A program made the position numbers and the translations under genes. Positions 49,889 through 61,329 of a stretch of 64,000 nucleotides of DNA are shown piece after piece. Position 1 is the stretch's first letter. Every line of letters starts with the position of its first letter. The notes beneath the pieces were generated by a model. That model was not told the DNA's origin. It worked only from the letters and a program-made list of their open reading frames with translations, and did no database searches. Origin of the DNA: an uncultured bacterium (lineage in GTDB: Bacteria; Chloroflexota; UBA5177; JANWHV01). The stretch is taken from NCBI GenBank assembly GCA_963729625.1, contig CAVSOU010000009.1, positions 64,001 through 128,000 of the forward strand, written 5' to 3'.

Positions 49889-50943
49889 TCGCCGGAAGCG
49901 CGGTCGGCCGTGAGACCCGGCTGGATCGCGGCAGTTCGCTCATCATCTGGATTGCTCGTCTTCGCGAGGCCGGCATTATCGTGGCGTTGCTGCTGCTTAT
50001 GACCATGGTCAGCTTCAGCAATTCGACGTTCCTGACTACCGAGAACTTCCGTAACATCCTGCTGGCCATCGCCATCTTGGCGACGCTGGCGATCGGCGAG
50101 ACCATGGTTATCCTCGCCAAGCAGATTGACCTGTCCGTCGCCGCCAACATGGGCGTCACGGTGATGATCATCGCCCAGTTGCTCAAGGCGCATCCAGGCA
50201 TGTCGCTGGGGATAGCCGTACTGATCTGCGTGGTCATCGGCATCGGGCTCGGCGCCGTGAACGGGGTGCTCGTCACCGTTGGGCGCGTGCCGGCGATCAT
50301 CGCCACGCTGGGTACGCTCAACATCTACCACGGACTGCAGTCCATCGCCAGCGGTGGCGGCGAGGTGGTCAGCGGCGACCTTCCCGGCAGTTACCTCAAC
50401 CTGGCCGGCAGCAACGCGATCGCCATTCCGCTGCCCGGCGGGATCGTCTTCAGCATTCGCTGGCTGGTGATATTCCCGGTCGTGCTGGCCATCCTCGCCG
50501 CGTATTTCCTGCGCAGCACTCGAGTCGGCCGCCAGATCTACGCCGTCGGCAGCAACGCGCTGGCAGCGCGGTTGGCCGGCGTCCGCGTCAACTGGATCGT
50601 GTTTCTTGTGTTCGTGCTGTCGGGCGCCCTGTCCGGGCTCGGCGGATTCCTGTACGGCGCGGACTACGGCACGGTGACGGCCGGCGCCGGCAACGGTTTC
50701 GAGCTGCAGGTCATCGCCGCCGTGGTCATCGGCGGTACCACCATAGCCGGAGGCAGTGGTACCATGCTGGGCACGATTCTCGGTTGCCTGCTGTTGGGCG
50801 TCGTTCAGAACGCCCTGGCGCTGCTCAATTTGTCTGAGTTCTGGTCGCAGGCGATCACTGGCATGATCATTCTGGCAGCGGTGGTCTCCGACGCATTGAT
50901 CAGCCATCGCTTGCAACGCCTTCTGCAGGGGGTTCGACGATGA
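49885..50943 (+). CDS. rhaP: Rhamnose ABC transporter permease
   Basis: [29 protein letters not shown]; GTG overlaps upstream stop. Confidence 0.87.
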   Translation: MIAGSAVGRETRLDRGSSLIIWIARLREAGIIVALLLLMTMVSFSNSTFLTTENFRNILLAIAILATLAIGETMVILAKQIDLSVAANMGVTVMIIAQLLKAHPGMSLGIAVLICVVIGIGLGAVNGVLVTVGRVPAIIATLGTLNIYHGLQSIASGGGEVVSGDLPGSYLNLAGSNAIAIPLPGGIVFSIRWLVIFPVVLAILAAYFLRSTRVGRQIYAVGSNALAARLAGVRVNWIVFLVFVLSGALSGLGGFLYGADYGTVTAGAGNGFELQVIAAVVIGGTTIAGGSGTMLGTILGCLLLGVVQNALALLNLSEFWSQAITGMIILAAVVSDALISHRLQRLLQGVRR

Positions 50944-52022
50944 GCGCGGGAAGCGAGCGAGACACCGGGATCGCCGCGACTCCGGTCATGGCAGAGCATT
51001 CCACGGCGCCTGTAAATGCCCTGTTTCGCCGACCGTCCTTGCAGCTGCTGTTGCGCTGGGAAGTTCTCCTGGTAGTGCTGATTGTCGTCGCCGGTGCATG
51101 GTCGTCGTGGCTGTCGCCGTACTTTCTGGACTGGTCGAACATGTTCGACATGACGTCCCAGTTCATGGAGAAGGCAATCATGGCCCTTCCCATGACGCTG
51201 ATCATCATCAGCGGCGGCATCGACTTGTCCATCTCGTCAGTATTGGCACTGGCCGGTGTCTCGTTCGGCCTGCACTATTCGACATCCGGCGATCTCTCGG
51301 TCAGTATCTTCCTGGCGCTGGCCATAGGTCTGGTCGCGGGATGCGCCAACGGCATGATAACCACGCGCGTCAGGCTTCACCCGTTGGTGGTGACGCTGGG
51401 GACGATGGCGCTGTACCGGGGACTGGCGCAGGTTATCCTCGGCGACCGCGCGATCAGCTCATTCCCAGACAATTTCAACAACCTCGGCCAGGGTTACGTG
51501 GGCGTCAAGCCGTTGCTGCCGTTCGGCGACATGCTGCCGTGGCCGCTGGTGATTTTCGCCGTACTGGCGATCATCTTTGCCCTGCTCCTGCATCGCACAA
51601 GTTTCGGCCGATTGATCTACGCCATCGGCAACAACGAGGATGCCTGTCGCTACTCAGGCATCGCGGTCGACAGGATCAAGCTGGTGCTGTACACGGTGTC
51701 CGGACTGTTCGCCGCTACGGCCGGTCTCATCTACGCCTCGCGACAGGGCAGCGCGCGCTGGGACATGGGCACGGGGTTCGAGCTCGACGTGATCACGGCC
51801 GTCGTGCTCGGCGGCACGGACATCAACGGAGGCTCTGGCAGCATACTCGGCACCGTGCTCGCCCTCTTCCTCATCGGCGTGCTCCGCAACGGCATGGGCC
51901 TGGCCAATATCGGCGACCAGAACCAGACCATTGTGATTGGCGCATTGCTGATCTTCTCCATTCTTGGGCCATCGATTGCGCAGCGATTGGGTCTGCGCCG
52001 CGTGGAAGCAAAAGGAGGTTAG
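50940..52022 (+). CDS. rhaQ: Rhamnose ABC transporter permease
   Basis: [41 protein letters not shown]. Confidence 0.88.
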   Translation: MSAGSERDTGIAATPVMAEHSTAPVNALFRRPSLQLLLRWEVLLVVLIVVAGAWSSWLSPYFLDWSNMFDMTSQFMEKAIMALPMTLIIISGGIDLSISSVLALAGVSFGLHYSTSGDLSVSIFLALAIGLVAGCANGMITTRVRLHPLVVTLGTMALYRGLAQVILGDRAISSFPDNFNNLGQGYVGVKPLLPFGDMLPWPLVIFAVLAIIFALLLHRTSFGRLIYAIGNNEDACRYSGIAVDRIKLVLYTVSGLFAATAGLIYASRQGSARWDMGTGFELDVITAVVLGGTDINGGSGSILGTVLALFLIGVLRNGMGLANIGDQNQTIVIGALLIFSILGPSIAQRLGLRRVEAKGG

Positions 52023-52114
52023 TTAGCAGTCGTCGGCAAGTAAACTTGAGCACGAATGTGCAAAGCACCTCGAACGTGCTTGCGTCGAGCTATCAATAAA
52101 GGAGTATTCGTAGT

Positions 52115-53125
52115 ATGCGCCGTTCCCTTCGCGTCATTTGCGCCGCAGTGCTGGTCGGCAGTGTGGCCGCGACCGCCCTACCCCAGTCGATGTCTCTCAC
52201 TGCACACGCGAAATCCTACAAGATCTTCGTGTTGCCCAAGACCACCGACAACCCCTACTTCACAACGGCCTACAATGGTAGCCTTCGGGCCAACAAGGCG
52301 CTTGGCGACTCGCTGAAGATGGTCGGACCAACCTCCAGCAGCACCACGACGCAGACGCAGTACGTGAACCAGCTCATCCAGGAGCACGCGGATGCCATCG
52401 TCGTCTCGGCGAACGACCCGGGCGCGATCAAGGCCGCGCTGCAGAAGGCAATGGCCAAAGGGATCAAGGTAGTCGGCTACGACTCTGATCCGGTCGGCGC
52501 TCGCAACGTGTTCGTCAACCAGGCCGACACCGAGCAAATCGGGCGCATCGAGGTTCAGACGATCGGCAAACTGCTCAACTACACGGGCGAGATTGCCATC
52601 CTGAGCGCGACCACCACGGCGACGAATCAAAACGCCTGGATCGGCTTCATGAAGCAGGAGCTGGCCCTGCCCAAGTACAAGAACATGAAGCTCGACAAGA
52701 TCGCCTACGGGAACGACGATCCGAACAAGAGCACGACCGAGGCCAACGGCCTGCTCACCAGCTTCCCCAATCTCAAGGGCATCATTTCTCCGACCACGAT
52801 CGGTATCCTCGCGGCCGCGCAGGCGGTCAAGGTTGCGGGCGATACAGGCAAGGTGCTTGTCACCGGACTGGGGACACCTAACGACATGCGCGCGTACGTC
52901 AAGGGTGGCCAGTGCCCGGCGTTCGCGCTGTGGGATCCCGGAAACCTCGGCTATCTGGCCGAGTACATCGCGCACGACCTGGCGGCGGGGACCATCACCG
53001 GCAAGGTGGGCGAGAAGTTCACGGTTCCAGGGCTTGGAGCCTACACCATCGGCGCCAACAATGTCGTCGTGCTCGGGCCACCGACCGTCTTCGACAAGAC
53101 GAATATCGACAAGTTCCACTTCTAG
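52115..53125 (+). CDS. rhaS: Rhamnose ABC transporter substrate-binding protein
   Basis: LPKTTDNPYF, SANDP, ATNQNAWI, ISPTTIG, TGLGTPN, LWDP. Confidence 0.9.
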   Translation: MRRSLRVICAAVLVGSVAATALPQSMSLTAHAKSYKIFVLPKTTDNPYFTTAYNGSLRANKALGDSLKMVGPTSSSTTTQTQYVNQLIQEHADAIVVSANDPGAIKAALQKAMAKGIKVVGYDSDPVGARNVFVNQADTEQIGRIEVQTIGKLLNYTGEIAILSATTTATNQNAWIGFMKQELALPKYKNMKLDKIAYGNDDPNKSTTEANGLLTSFPNLKGIISPTTIGILAAAQAVKVAGDTGKVLVTGLGTPNDMRAYVKGGQCPAFALWDPGNLGYLAEYIAHDLAAGTITGKVGEKFTVPGLGAYTIGANNVVVLGPPTVFDKTNIDKFHF

Positions 53126-53378
53126 TCCCAGCGTACGATCGAGCTCTTTGTTTGCCGGGCCTGCGTCGAGAGGCGAATGGTACGGGTGGGTGAGCTGACC
53201 TGCGGGTCAGGGACGGTGAATTGGCATGAGCCGTCATGCTCGCTCCAGGCCTGCAAACGAAGGTCATCGAGATTGCGCTGAGGAGCACGCTCAAGCTGGG
53301 GGCAGGTATTCTGCCCCCAGCGAGCGCTCGACAGACGCTGCCGGCCGTCTGCCCGATTTGCCGACCGGAGGGAGTAAG

Positions 53379-54434
53379 ATGACACCTCGCCAACGGTGGC
53401 GAGCATTGCTCGCCGGAGAACGTCCCGATCGAGTTCCCTGTGACTACTGGGGCACTGCCGAAGTCACCGCGCGCCTGCTCCGCGATCTGGGCTGCGCGGG
53501 CGAAAAGGAGCTGTACGAGCGACTGGGCGTGGATAAGTGCATCCACCTTGTGCCGAGCCATCCGACGGTTGCTTCCGACGGGTGGCACATGCAGTCGCAT
53601 TTCCAGGTCTGGAACATCGGCACGGAAATGATTTCCTACGGCGACGGACTCGGCGTCTATGAAGAGGCGGTCTCGCATCCGCTCGCCGGCGCACGTACCG
53701 TGGCCGACGTGGAAATGTTCAACTGGCCCAGCGTAGACGTATGGGACTACTCCACGCTGCGCGACCAGTGCGCCGCTTGGCCCGACAATCCTATCCTTTG
53801 CGGCTCCAGCGAGCCTTTCTACCTCTACTGTCGCCTGCGCGGCATGGAGCGTTCGCTATCAGACCTCATCGAATGTCCAGAAATAGCGGAGTCAATTCTC
53901 GAGCATATCTTCGCGGTAGACTTCGCGGTGTTCAGCCGGATCCTGCGCGAAGTGGGCGATCGCATCGATCTCATGTACGTGGCGGAAGATCTCGGTACCC
54001 AAGCCTCTCTGCTGATGAGTCCGCGACTCTTCCGGAGATTCCTCAAACCTCGCATGACCAGGCTGATTGAGCTGGCACATTCATTCGGCGTGCGGGTGAT
54101 GCATCACGACGATGGAGCGATCCGGACCGTGATCCCGGACCTGATCGAGGCCGGAATCGACATTCTGAATCCCATCCAGTGGCGCTGTGCCGGCATGGAA
54201 CGCGAGGGCTTGGCGCGGGATTTCGGGTCCCAGCTCGTCTTCCACGGCGGTGTCGACAACCAGCAGACGCTGCCCTTCGGGACCGCGGCCGATGTGCGCG
54301 AGCAAGTGGCCGAGAACATCCTGGCATTTCGCGATGGTAAAGGCTATATCGTGGCGCCATGTCACCACATTCAAGCCAACACGCCGACCGAGAATATCGT
54401 GGCCATGTACGCTGCCGTACAGGAGTTCGGCTGA
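53379..54434 (+). CDS. Uroporphyrinogen decarboxylase-like (URO-D/MtaA superfamily) protein
   Basis: PDRVPCD, LRGME, EDLGTQ, HHDDGAI, LNPIQW, FHGGVDNQ, APCHHIQANTPTEN; GGAG RBS. Confidence 0.88.
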   Translation: MTPRQRWRALLAGERPDRVPCDYWGTAEVTARLLRDLGCAGEKELYERLGVDKCIHLVPSHPTVASDGWHMQSHFQVWNIGTEMISYGDGLGVYEEAVSHPLAGARTVADVEMFNWPSVDVWDYSTLRDQCAAWPDNPILCGSSEPFYLYCRLRGMERSLSDLIECPEIAESILEHIFAVDFAVFSRILREVGDRIDLMYVAEDLGTQASLLMSPRLFRRFLKPRMTRLIELAHSFGVRVMHHDDGAIRTVIPDLIEAGIDILNPIQWRCAGMEREGLARDFGSQLVFHGGVDNQQTLPFGTAADVREQVAENILAFRDGKGYIVAPCHHIQANTPTENIVAMYAAVQEFG

Positions 54435-54563
54435 ATCTGAGGTGACAATAGCCTCCATCTGCGGAAGGATGGCAGAGACGGGCCGACTGCGGTCGGGCGA
54501 GCGCGGCGGTTTTCATGCGTGGTGGCGGCCCACCGGACCATTGGTATCTAGGGAGGAATTGGA

Positions 54564-56078
54564 GTGTCACGCTATCTTGCCGTCGACCTGGGCGCCGAGA
54601 GCGGCCGTGTCATGGCCGGCGTGTTCGGCGGTGAGCGCATTGAGCTCGAGGAAATCCATCGTTTTGCCAATATTCCGGTGCGCACGCCGGACGGCTTGCA
54701 CTGGGACACTCTGGGCATCTATCGCGAGATCCTGGCCGGCCTTCGACGTGCGTCCGACCTCCATTCCGGAGAATTCGCGGGCATCGGCGTCGACTCCTGG
54801 GGTGTCGACTACGGGCTGATCGACGCGGATGGGCGGCTGCTGGGCAATCCCTACCACTACCGCGATGCGCGCACGGACGGTATGCCAGACGCTTCCGCGA
54901 AAGTCGTCCCCGCGTCCGAACAATACGCGCGCACGGGCATCGCGGCGCTGCAATTCAACACGCTGTACCAGCTCATGGCGGCCGTTCAATCGGGCGATCG
55001 CACGATCGAGCTGGCGCGCAACCTGCTGCTCATGCCGGACCTCATGCACTACTGGCTGTGCGGCGTGCAAGCCTGCGAACGAACGAACGGCAGTACGTCC
55101 GGCGCACTCGACACGAATGGAACCTGGGCGCGCGACATGATCGAGCGTCTCGGCGTGCCGACCCACATGCTGACAGAGCCCGTGACCGCTGGGTTCAGGC
55201 TCGGCGCGCTCCGTTCGAGCGTGCAGCAGGACAGCTGCCTCGGGGCGGTGCCGATACTATTGCCTCCGACGCACGACACGGCCTGCGCCGTCGTCGCGGT
55301 GCCCGCGGAGCCCGCGCGCGAGGGCGCCGGGCACATGTACCTGAGCTGCGGCACGTGGTCGCTCATGGGGATGGAACTGGAGAGGCCAAACACCAGCGAG
55401 GCGGCACGACTGGCAGGCTTTACAAACGAGCATGGCGCCGGCGGAACGTTCCGCTTTCACACCAACATCATGGGGCTCTGGCTTCTGCAGGAGTCCCGCA
55501 GGGCCTGGGCCCGAAGGGGCTTGCATGCGGACTGGAGCTACCAGGAGCTCATGGAGCGCGCCTCGGCTATCGAGTCCCCGCACGTGGTTATCGACGTCGA
55601 TGCGCCCGGATTCCTCCACCCAGACGACATGCCGGCTGCCATCGGGGCGAGCCTCGCTGCTGCCGACCGTGCGCGCGTGAGCGATCCTGTCTACCTGACG
55701 CGCGCGATCCTGGAGAGCCTGGCTGTGGCGTACCGCGTAACTGTCGAGCGCGTCGAACGCCTGACGGGAGTGGCGGTGCGGACTATCCACATCGTGGGCG
55801 GCGGCTCGCGCAACAGCTTGCTGTGCCAGCTTGCGGCCGACGCAACAGGGCGCCACGTGGTTGCCGGTCCAACTGAAGCTACCGCCCTCGGCAACATCAT
55901 CATCCAGACGCTGGGCGCGGGAGAGATCCGCGACATGGTCGAGGCGCATGAGGTTGCTCGCGCATCGGCCCAGGTGACGCACTACGAACCGCGCGCAGGC
56001 GAAGTCTGGGACGAGCTGCATGCGCGCCTGGTTGGACTACGGGCGGCGGCCCCGAATGCGGGGGCCGACCATAGCTGA
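54564..56078 (+). CDS. rhaB: Rhamnulokinase
   Basis: AVDLGAESGR, DSWGVDYG, YRDART, FNTLYQL, HDTA, GTWSLMG, NIMGLWLLQE, EATALGN. Confidence 0.95.
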   Translation: MSRYLAVDLGAESGRVMAGVFGGERIELEEIHRFANIPVRTPDGLHWDTLGIYREILAGLRRASDLHSGEFAGIGVDSWGVDYGLIDADGRLLGNPYHYRDARTDGMPDASAKVVPASEQYARTGIAALQFNTLYQLMAAVQSGDRTIELARNLLLMPDLMHYWLCGVQACERTNGSTSGALDTNGTWARDMIERLGVPTHMLTEPVTAGFRLGALRSSVQQDSCLGAVPILLPPTHDTACAVVAVPAEPAREGAGHMYLSCGTWSLMGMELERPNTSEAARLAGFTNEHGAGGTFRFHTNIMGLWLLQESRRAWARRGLHADWSYQELMERASAIESPHVVIDVDAPGFLHPDDMPAAIGASLAAADRARVSDPVYLTRAILESLAVAYRVTVERVERLTGVAVRTIHIVGGGSRNSLLCQLAADATGRHVVAGPTEATALGNIIIQTLGAGEIRDMVEAHEVARASAQVTHYEPRAGEVWDELHARLVGLRAAAPNAGADHS

Positions 56079-56193
56079 ACTGAAGTATTCTGGGATGGCC
56101 GTGCTATTGAACGGGCGGAAGGGCTGCGCAGAGAGCGATTTGTAGGGGACGGCGATCCGCGCAGCAGTAGGTAGTGTGAAGTGGAGCGCGAAA

Positions 56194-57429
56194 ATGGTCG
56201 TTGAACAGACGCAGTCGGCCGGGCTGTCGGTCATTGCCGAGGGCCTGACGCGGCAGGGCCGGTCATTGGAAGACGTATTGGCGCGCCTGCGCGCTCAGCG
56301 CATCGAGATGCCAAGTTGGGCATTTGGGAACTCCGGCACGCGTTTCAAGGTGTTCCCGCAGACCGGGGTGCCGCGGACGCTGTTCGAGAAGCTCGACGAC
56401 GCCGCGCAGGTGCAGTCGCTCGTCGGCGTGGCGCCAAGCGTCGCCCTGCACATTCCATGGGACCGCGTCGAGGACTGGAACGCGGCGCGCCAGTACGCTG
56501 GGGAGCGAGGGTTGGCGCTCGGCGCGATCAATCCCAATCTCTTCCAGGATGAAGACTACAAATTCGGCTCGCTGACGCACCCGAACGGCGCGGTTCGCGC
56601 GAGGGCCGTCGCGCATGTACGGGAGTGCATCTCCATCGCGCAGTCCACGCACTCCTCCCTGATCAGCCTGTGGCTGGCCGATGGAACCAACTACCCTGGC
56701 CAGGACGACCTGCGGACGAGACGGCAGCGGCTCATCGCCTCGCTGCGGGAGATCTACGGCGATCTGCCCGCCGGCATGCGCTTGCTCATCGAGTACAAGT
56801 TCTTTGAGCCGGCCTTCTACGCCACCGACATCCCCGATTGGGGCACGTCGCTGTTGCTGTGCCAGAAGCTCGGGCCGCAGGCCCAGGTGCTTGTCGACCT
56901 CGGTCATCATGCCGCCGGGGCCAACATCGAGCAGATTGTGGCCACATTGGTCGACGAAGGGCGGCTTGGCGGCTTCCATTTCAATGCGCGGAAGTACGGT
57001 GATGACGACCTCATCGTCGGCACGACCAATCCGTTTGAGCTGTTCCTGATTTACAACGAGCTCGCCGCGGCGGAGGACGATCCGGTTGCAGGCGCGGCGA
57101 CGCGAGAAGTCGCGTACATGATCGACCAGTCGCACAATGTTGAGGCAAAGATTCCGGCAATGATACAGTCGATCGTCAACTGCCAGATCGCGTATGCGAA
57201 GGCACTGCTCGTCGATCGAGGCGCCCTGAACGAGCTTCAGCAGTCCGGCGACGTCGTCGGCGCCCTGGGCGCCGTAATGGCCGCGTTCGAGTCGGATGTG
57301 CGCCCACTGCTCGTCCAACTTCGGACTGAACTAGGGCTTCCGGCCGATCCGCTGGTGGCCTTTCGCCAAAGCGGCTATCAGGAACGCGTCGCCGCGGAGC
57401 GCGTGGGCGGCACGCCGATGAGCTGGTAA
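56194..57429 (+). CDS. rhaI: L-rhamnose isomerase (RhaI type)
   Basis: PSWAFGNSGTRFKVF, HIPWD, WLADGTNYPGQ, EYKFFEPAFY, DLGHH, DQSHNVE. Confidence 0.95.
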   Translation: MVVEQTQSAGLSVIAEGLTRQGRSLEDVLARLRAQRIEMPSWAFGNSGTRFKVFPQTGVPRTLFEKLDDAAQVQSLVGVAPSVALHIPWDRVEDWNAARQYAGERGLALGAINPNLFQDEDYKFGSLTHPNGAVRARAVAHVRECISIAQSTHSSLISLWLADGTNYPGQDDLRTRRQRLIASLREIYGDLPAGMRLLIEYKFFEPAFYATDIPDWGTSLLLCQKLGPQAQVLVDLGHHAAGANIEQIVATLVDEGRLGGFHFNARKYGDDDLIVGTTNPFELFLIYNELAAAEDDPVAGAATREVAYMIDQSHNVEAKIPAMIQSIVNCQIAYAKALLVDRGALNELQQSGDVVGALGAVMAAFESDVRPLLVQLRTELGLPADPLVAFRQSGYQERVAAERVGGTPMSW

Positions 57430-57444
57430 AGGAGCGCCGGGAAA

Positions 57445-57768
57445 ATGGAACGCTATCTGCAAATCGTGCGCGTCAAGCCGGAGTACATCGAGGAGTACGA
57501 GCGCATTCACCGAGAAGTGTGGCCCGGCGTGCTGGCCACGATTCGCGCGTGCAATATTCGTAACTACTCGATCTATCGCTATGGCAAAGTGCTTATCGCC
57601 TACTTTGAGTACGTTGGCCAGGACTACAAGGCGGACATGGCCAGGATGGCTGCGGATCCCGTGACAAAGGAGTGGTGGACGCATACTGACCCGATGCAGG
57701 AGCCGGTGCCCGAGCAGAAAGCGGGTGAGTGGTGGCTGCGGCTGCCGGAGGTGTTTCACGTCGATTGA
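57445..57768 (+). CDS. rhaM: L-rhamnose mutarotase
   Basis: EYERIHREVWP, IRNYSIY, EWW, EVFH; AAGGAG RBS. Confidence 0.93.
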   Translation: MERYLQIVRVKPEYIEEYERIHREVWPGVLATIRACNIRNYSIYRYGKVLIAYFEYVGQDYKADMARMAADPVTKEWWTHTDPMQEPVPEQKAGEWWLRLPEVFHVD

Positions 57769-57804
57769 GCGCGCCGCGGCACTTGGCGCCGAACCGTCGC
57801 TGGT

Positions 57805-57821
57805 TGTAACATATTGTCACA
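57805..57821. promoter_or_regulatory. Imperfect palindromic operator in an AT-rich promoter region
   Basis: TGTAACA-TAT-TGTCACA upstream of the PHP gene. Confidence 0.5.
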
Positions 57822-57937
57822 GTATGTAATACTCTGATGAGCGACCGAACTGATGGGGCTGCTCCGATCTGGCCGGTGTTCGTGGGCGCTAATCGAATGA
57901 GAGCCGGCGGCCGGCGTCGCCGCAATGGGAATGGCAG

Positions 57938-59242
57938 ATGGCAGTCGAACGCGATCCACTGGCCGCGCTGAAGATGCTGGGTGACCTCTCTGGTCCGCGG
58001 AGTCGGGCGGCGGATGCGCCCAGGCGACTCAAGGTGAACGCGCACATACACATTCCGCCGAACTTCTCCGCGTTTAGCAGCGTCAGGGAGGCGGTAGAGC
58101 TGGCAGCGGCGCAGGACGTCCGCGTGGTGGGGGTAAGTAACTACTACCATTTCGGCGCATACGCAACGTTCGCCGAGCACTCGCATGCGATGGACGTGTT
58201 CCCGCTTTTCGGCCTGGAGGTCATCTGCCTTCTCGACGATCTCGTGCAGGCGGACGTCAAGATCAACGATCCGGGCAACCCGGGCAAGATGTACCTCTGC
58301 GGCAAGGGCGTGACGCGGTTTGCACCGATGTCCGGCGATGCGGTGGGTCTCATGGATACGATCCGCCGCAATGATTCCACGCGGATCGCCACCATGATCG
58401 AACGGGTCGCCCGCCTGTTCGAGGACGGCGGCGTGGACACCGGTGTAACCGAGGCGTCGGTGAAGGCCGCGATCGTCCAGCGCCACGGGTTACCGCTGGA
58501 CACGATCTACTTGCAAGAACGCCACGTGGCTCAGGCCTTTCAGGAAGCCGTGTTTGCGCGTGTTTCCCCCGAAACGCGGACTGCGACACTGCGGGCCGTC
58601 TTCGGCTCGGACCCTGGACCCGGCCTCAACGAAGCGGTGAGGCTACAGAGTGCCATACGCACGCATCTCATGAAGGCGGGCAAGCGCGGTTACGTGGACG
58701 AGACCTTCGTGGGCTTTGACCATGCCTATCGGTTGATCCTGGCGCTGGGCGGCGTGCCGTGTTATCCCGTGTTGGCGGATGGCGCTGCGCCGATCTGTCC
58801 GTTCGAGGATCCGCTGGAGCGCCTGGTTCGGTCGCTCAGGGACCGGCGCATCTACTGTGCCGAGCTCATCCCAAACAGAAATTCTCCGCAGGTGCTTGCT
58901 GCATACGCGCGGGGGCTGCGCGCCGCCGGCATCGTGGTGCTGGCGGGCACCGAGCATAACACGCTGGAGATGCTGCCGATGGAGCCGCAGTGTGCGGGAG
59001 GCATTCCGATCCCGGAAGCGATCAAGGAAGTCTTCTGGGAAGGAGCGCTCGTGGTGGCCGCGCACCAGTACTTGACCGCGAACGGACAGATGGGCTATGT
59101 GGACGAATCCGGAGCGCTGAACCCAGCCTACACGAGCGGCGAGGCACGCATCGAGGCGTTTGCCCAGCTCGGGGAGTCGGTTATCCAGCGATACGGACGG
59201 GTCGCTTGCGCGTCTGCATCAGTCTCGGGTAGAGGATGTTGA
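57938..59242 (+). CDS. PHP-domain-like metallo-hydrolase, function unknown
   Basis: NAHIH (HxH), FGLE, NDPGNPGKMYLCGKG, ELIPNRN, AGTEHN. Confidence 0.75.
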   Translation: MAVERDPLAALKMLGDLSGPRSRAADAPRRLKVNAHIHIPPNFSAFSSVREAVELAAAQDVRVVGVSNYYHFGAYATFAEHSHAMDVFPLFGLEVICLLDDLVQADVKINDPGNPGKMYLCGKGVTRFAPMSGDAVGLMDTIRRNDSTRIATMIERVARLFEDGGVDTGVTEASVKAAIVQRHGLPLDTIYLQERHVAQAFQEAVFARVSPETRTATLRAVFGSDPGPGLNEAVRLQSAIRTHLMKAGKRGYVDETFVGFDHAYRLILALGGVPCYPVLADGAAPICPFEDPLERLVRSLRDRRIYCAELIPNRNSPQVLAAYARGLRAAGIVVLAGTEHNTLEMLPMEPQCAGGIPIPEAIKEVFWEGALVVAAHQYLTANGQMGYVDESGALNPAYTSGEARIEAFAQLGESVIQRYGRVACASASVSGRGC

Positions 59243-61295
59243 TGACGTCAACGATGCACTGGCCGGCGTTCACGGGAGCGCCGAGCCCCCTGGAGATACT
59301 CGTCGAGCTCTCTCGTTTCTTCGGATCTGACCCGGAGCTGGTGCTCGCCGGCGGCGGCAACACCTCGGTCAAGCTCGACGATCGGCTGCTGGTCAAAGGC
59401 AGCGGGCACGCGCTGGCCACGATTGGCCCTGAGGGGTTCGTGGATCTCAATCGCAAGACCCTTCAGGTGCTTCTGGAGAGCGACCTGGGCAGCGCGAGGG
59501 ACCAGCGCGAGGCCGCCTTCAAGCACGCCGTCCTTTCGGCACGACGAGAACCGGAGAAAGGGCAACGACCCTCGGTCGAGGCCGTTCTGCACCATCTCAT
59601 GCCGGGACGTTTCGTCATTCACCTGCATGCAACGCTCGTAAACGAGTTCAGTTGTTGTCGGGAAGGCAAGCGACTCGTCGAGCAAAGCCTGGGCGACGAT
59701 GTTCTCTGGATCGACCTCGTGGATCCCGGCTTCGCGCTCGCCAAGTCGCTGCAGCACGGGCTCGCGGCGTTCCAACGCAGAACAGGCAAGAACTGCCCAC
59801 GCGCGTTGATCATGCAAAACCACGGACTCGTGGTCAGCGGCGATACGCCTGATGAGATCAGAGAGCGCATGGAGTGGCTGTTCGCATCGCTTCGAGACAT
59901 TCGGGTGCACGCCTGCGTTGAGCAGCCGGGTCCGATTGAGACCGTCGTTGCCGTCGCCGAGGCGTCGGCGCTCGTGAACATCATCGCGCCGGCGCTGCGC
60001 GGCCTGCTCAGCGTCGGGCAATCGCTGAAGGTGGTCACGTTCGACGATTCGGACGCGGTGCTGGGCCTGGTTTCGCGCGAGGCAGGCCAGTACGACTGCG
60101 ATGGGTGGGCCGCTCACGCCCGACCAGATCGTGTACTGTCGATCGTTTCCACTGTGGTTCGAGACGAGAGTCGGCGAGACACGCTTCCGACCTGGTGCAG
60201 CGGCTCACGGCGGCGGTGCGTGAGCACGCGGCCACCTACAGCGTTCTGCCGAATGTGGTGTTGGTCCAGGGCCTCGGCCTGTTCGCGTGCGGCGACGCCT
60301 GGACCGACGCAAACATCGTGCGCCTGGTTTACGTCGACGCCATCAAGATCATGGCCGGCGCCGCCGGAATGGGCGGCGTCCAGTACCTCGATGCCGACTT
60401 CAGGAGCTTCATCGAGCAGTGGGAAGTCGAGTCATACCGCCGGCAGATAGCGGCCTCCGCGACCGGAAGGGGCCGGGCGGCGGGGAAGGTCGCGATGGTG
60501 ACCGGAGCCGCGCAGGGATTCGGATTGGAAATAGCCCGGGATCTTGCCGCGCAGGGTGGCCACGTCGTGCTATCCGACGTCAATGTGGAGGGAGCGCGCC
60601 AGGCGGCTGCGGCCCTGGTGGGCCGGTTCGGCGAAGGTCGGGCGCTCGGCCTGGCCATCGATGTGACCAACGCTGAGTCGGTCGCGGAGGCCGTGCACCG
60701 GGTGGTTCGCATGTACGGCGGCCTTGACGTGCTGGTCTCCAACGCGGGTGTCCTTCGCGCCGGCAGCGTGAAAACGCAACTGGAGCGGGACTTCGACCTC
60801 TCGACCGCGGTCAATTACAGGGGTTACTTTCTTTGCGTGCAGAAGGCGGCGCCCATCCTGGCCGTCCAGCACGAGGTGCGCCGCGACTACTGGAGCGACA
60901 TCATACAGATCAACTCCAAGTCGGGCCTCGAGGGGTCGAACAAGAACTTTGCCTACGCTGGCAGCAAGTTCGGCGGCATCGGCTTGACGCAGTCCTTCGC
61001 GCTTGAGCTTGTGACTGACGGCATCAAGGTGAACTCCATCTGTCCGGGAAACTTTTTCGACGGACCGCTGTGGTCCGACCCAGACACGGGTCTGTTCGTA
61101 CAGTATCTGCGCACGGGAAAAGTACCGGGCGCCACCACGATCGAGGACGTCAAACGTTTCTACGAGAGCAAGGTGCCAATGGCTCGAGGATGCACATCCG
61201 CCGACGTGATGTCGGCCATTTACTACCTTATCGAGCAGCAATACGAGACGGGTCAGGCGCTTCCAGTGACCGGTGGACAGGTGATGTTGCACTAG
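59242..61295 (+). pseudogene. Class II aldolase / SDR (SrlD-like) fusion with two frameshifts (~60091, ~60180)
   Basis: GGGNTSVK, RPSVE, IHLH, QNHG; middle frame PLTPDQIVYC; final frame TGAAQGFG, NAG, QINSKSG, YAGSKFGG; may be intact in vivo. Confidence 0.85.
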
Positions 61296-61329
61296 TCGCG
61301 ACAAGGCGAGTAGCGGAAAGACAATGCAC

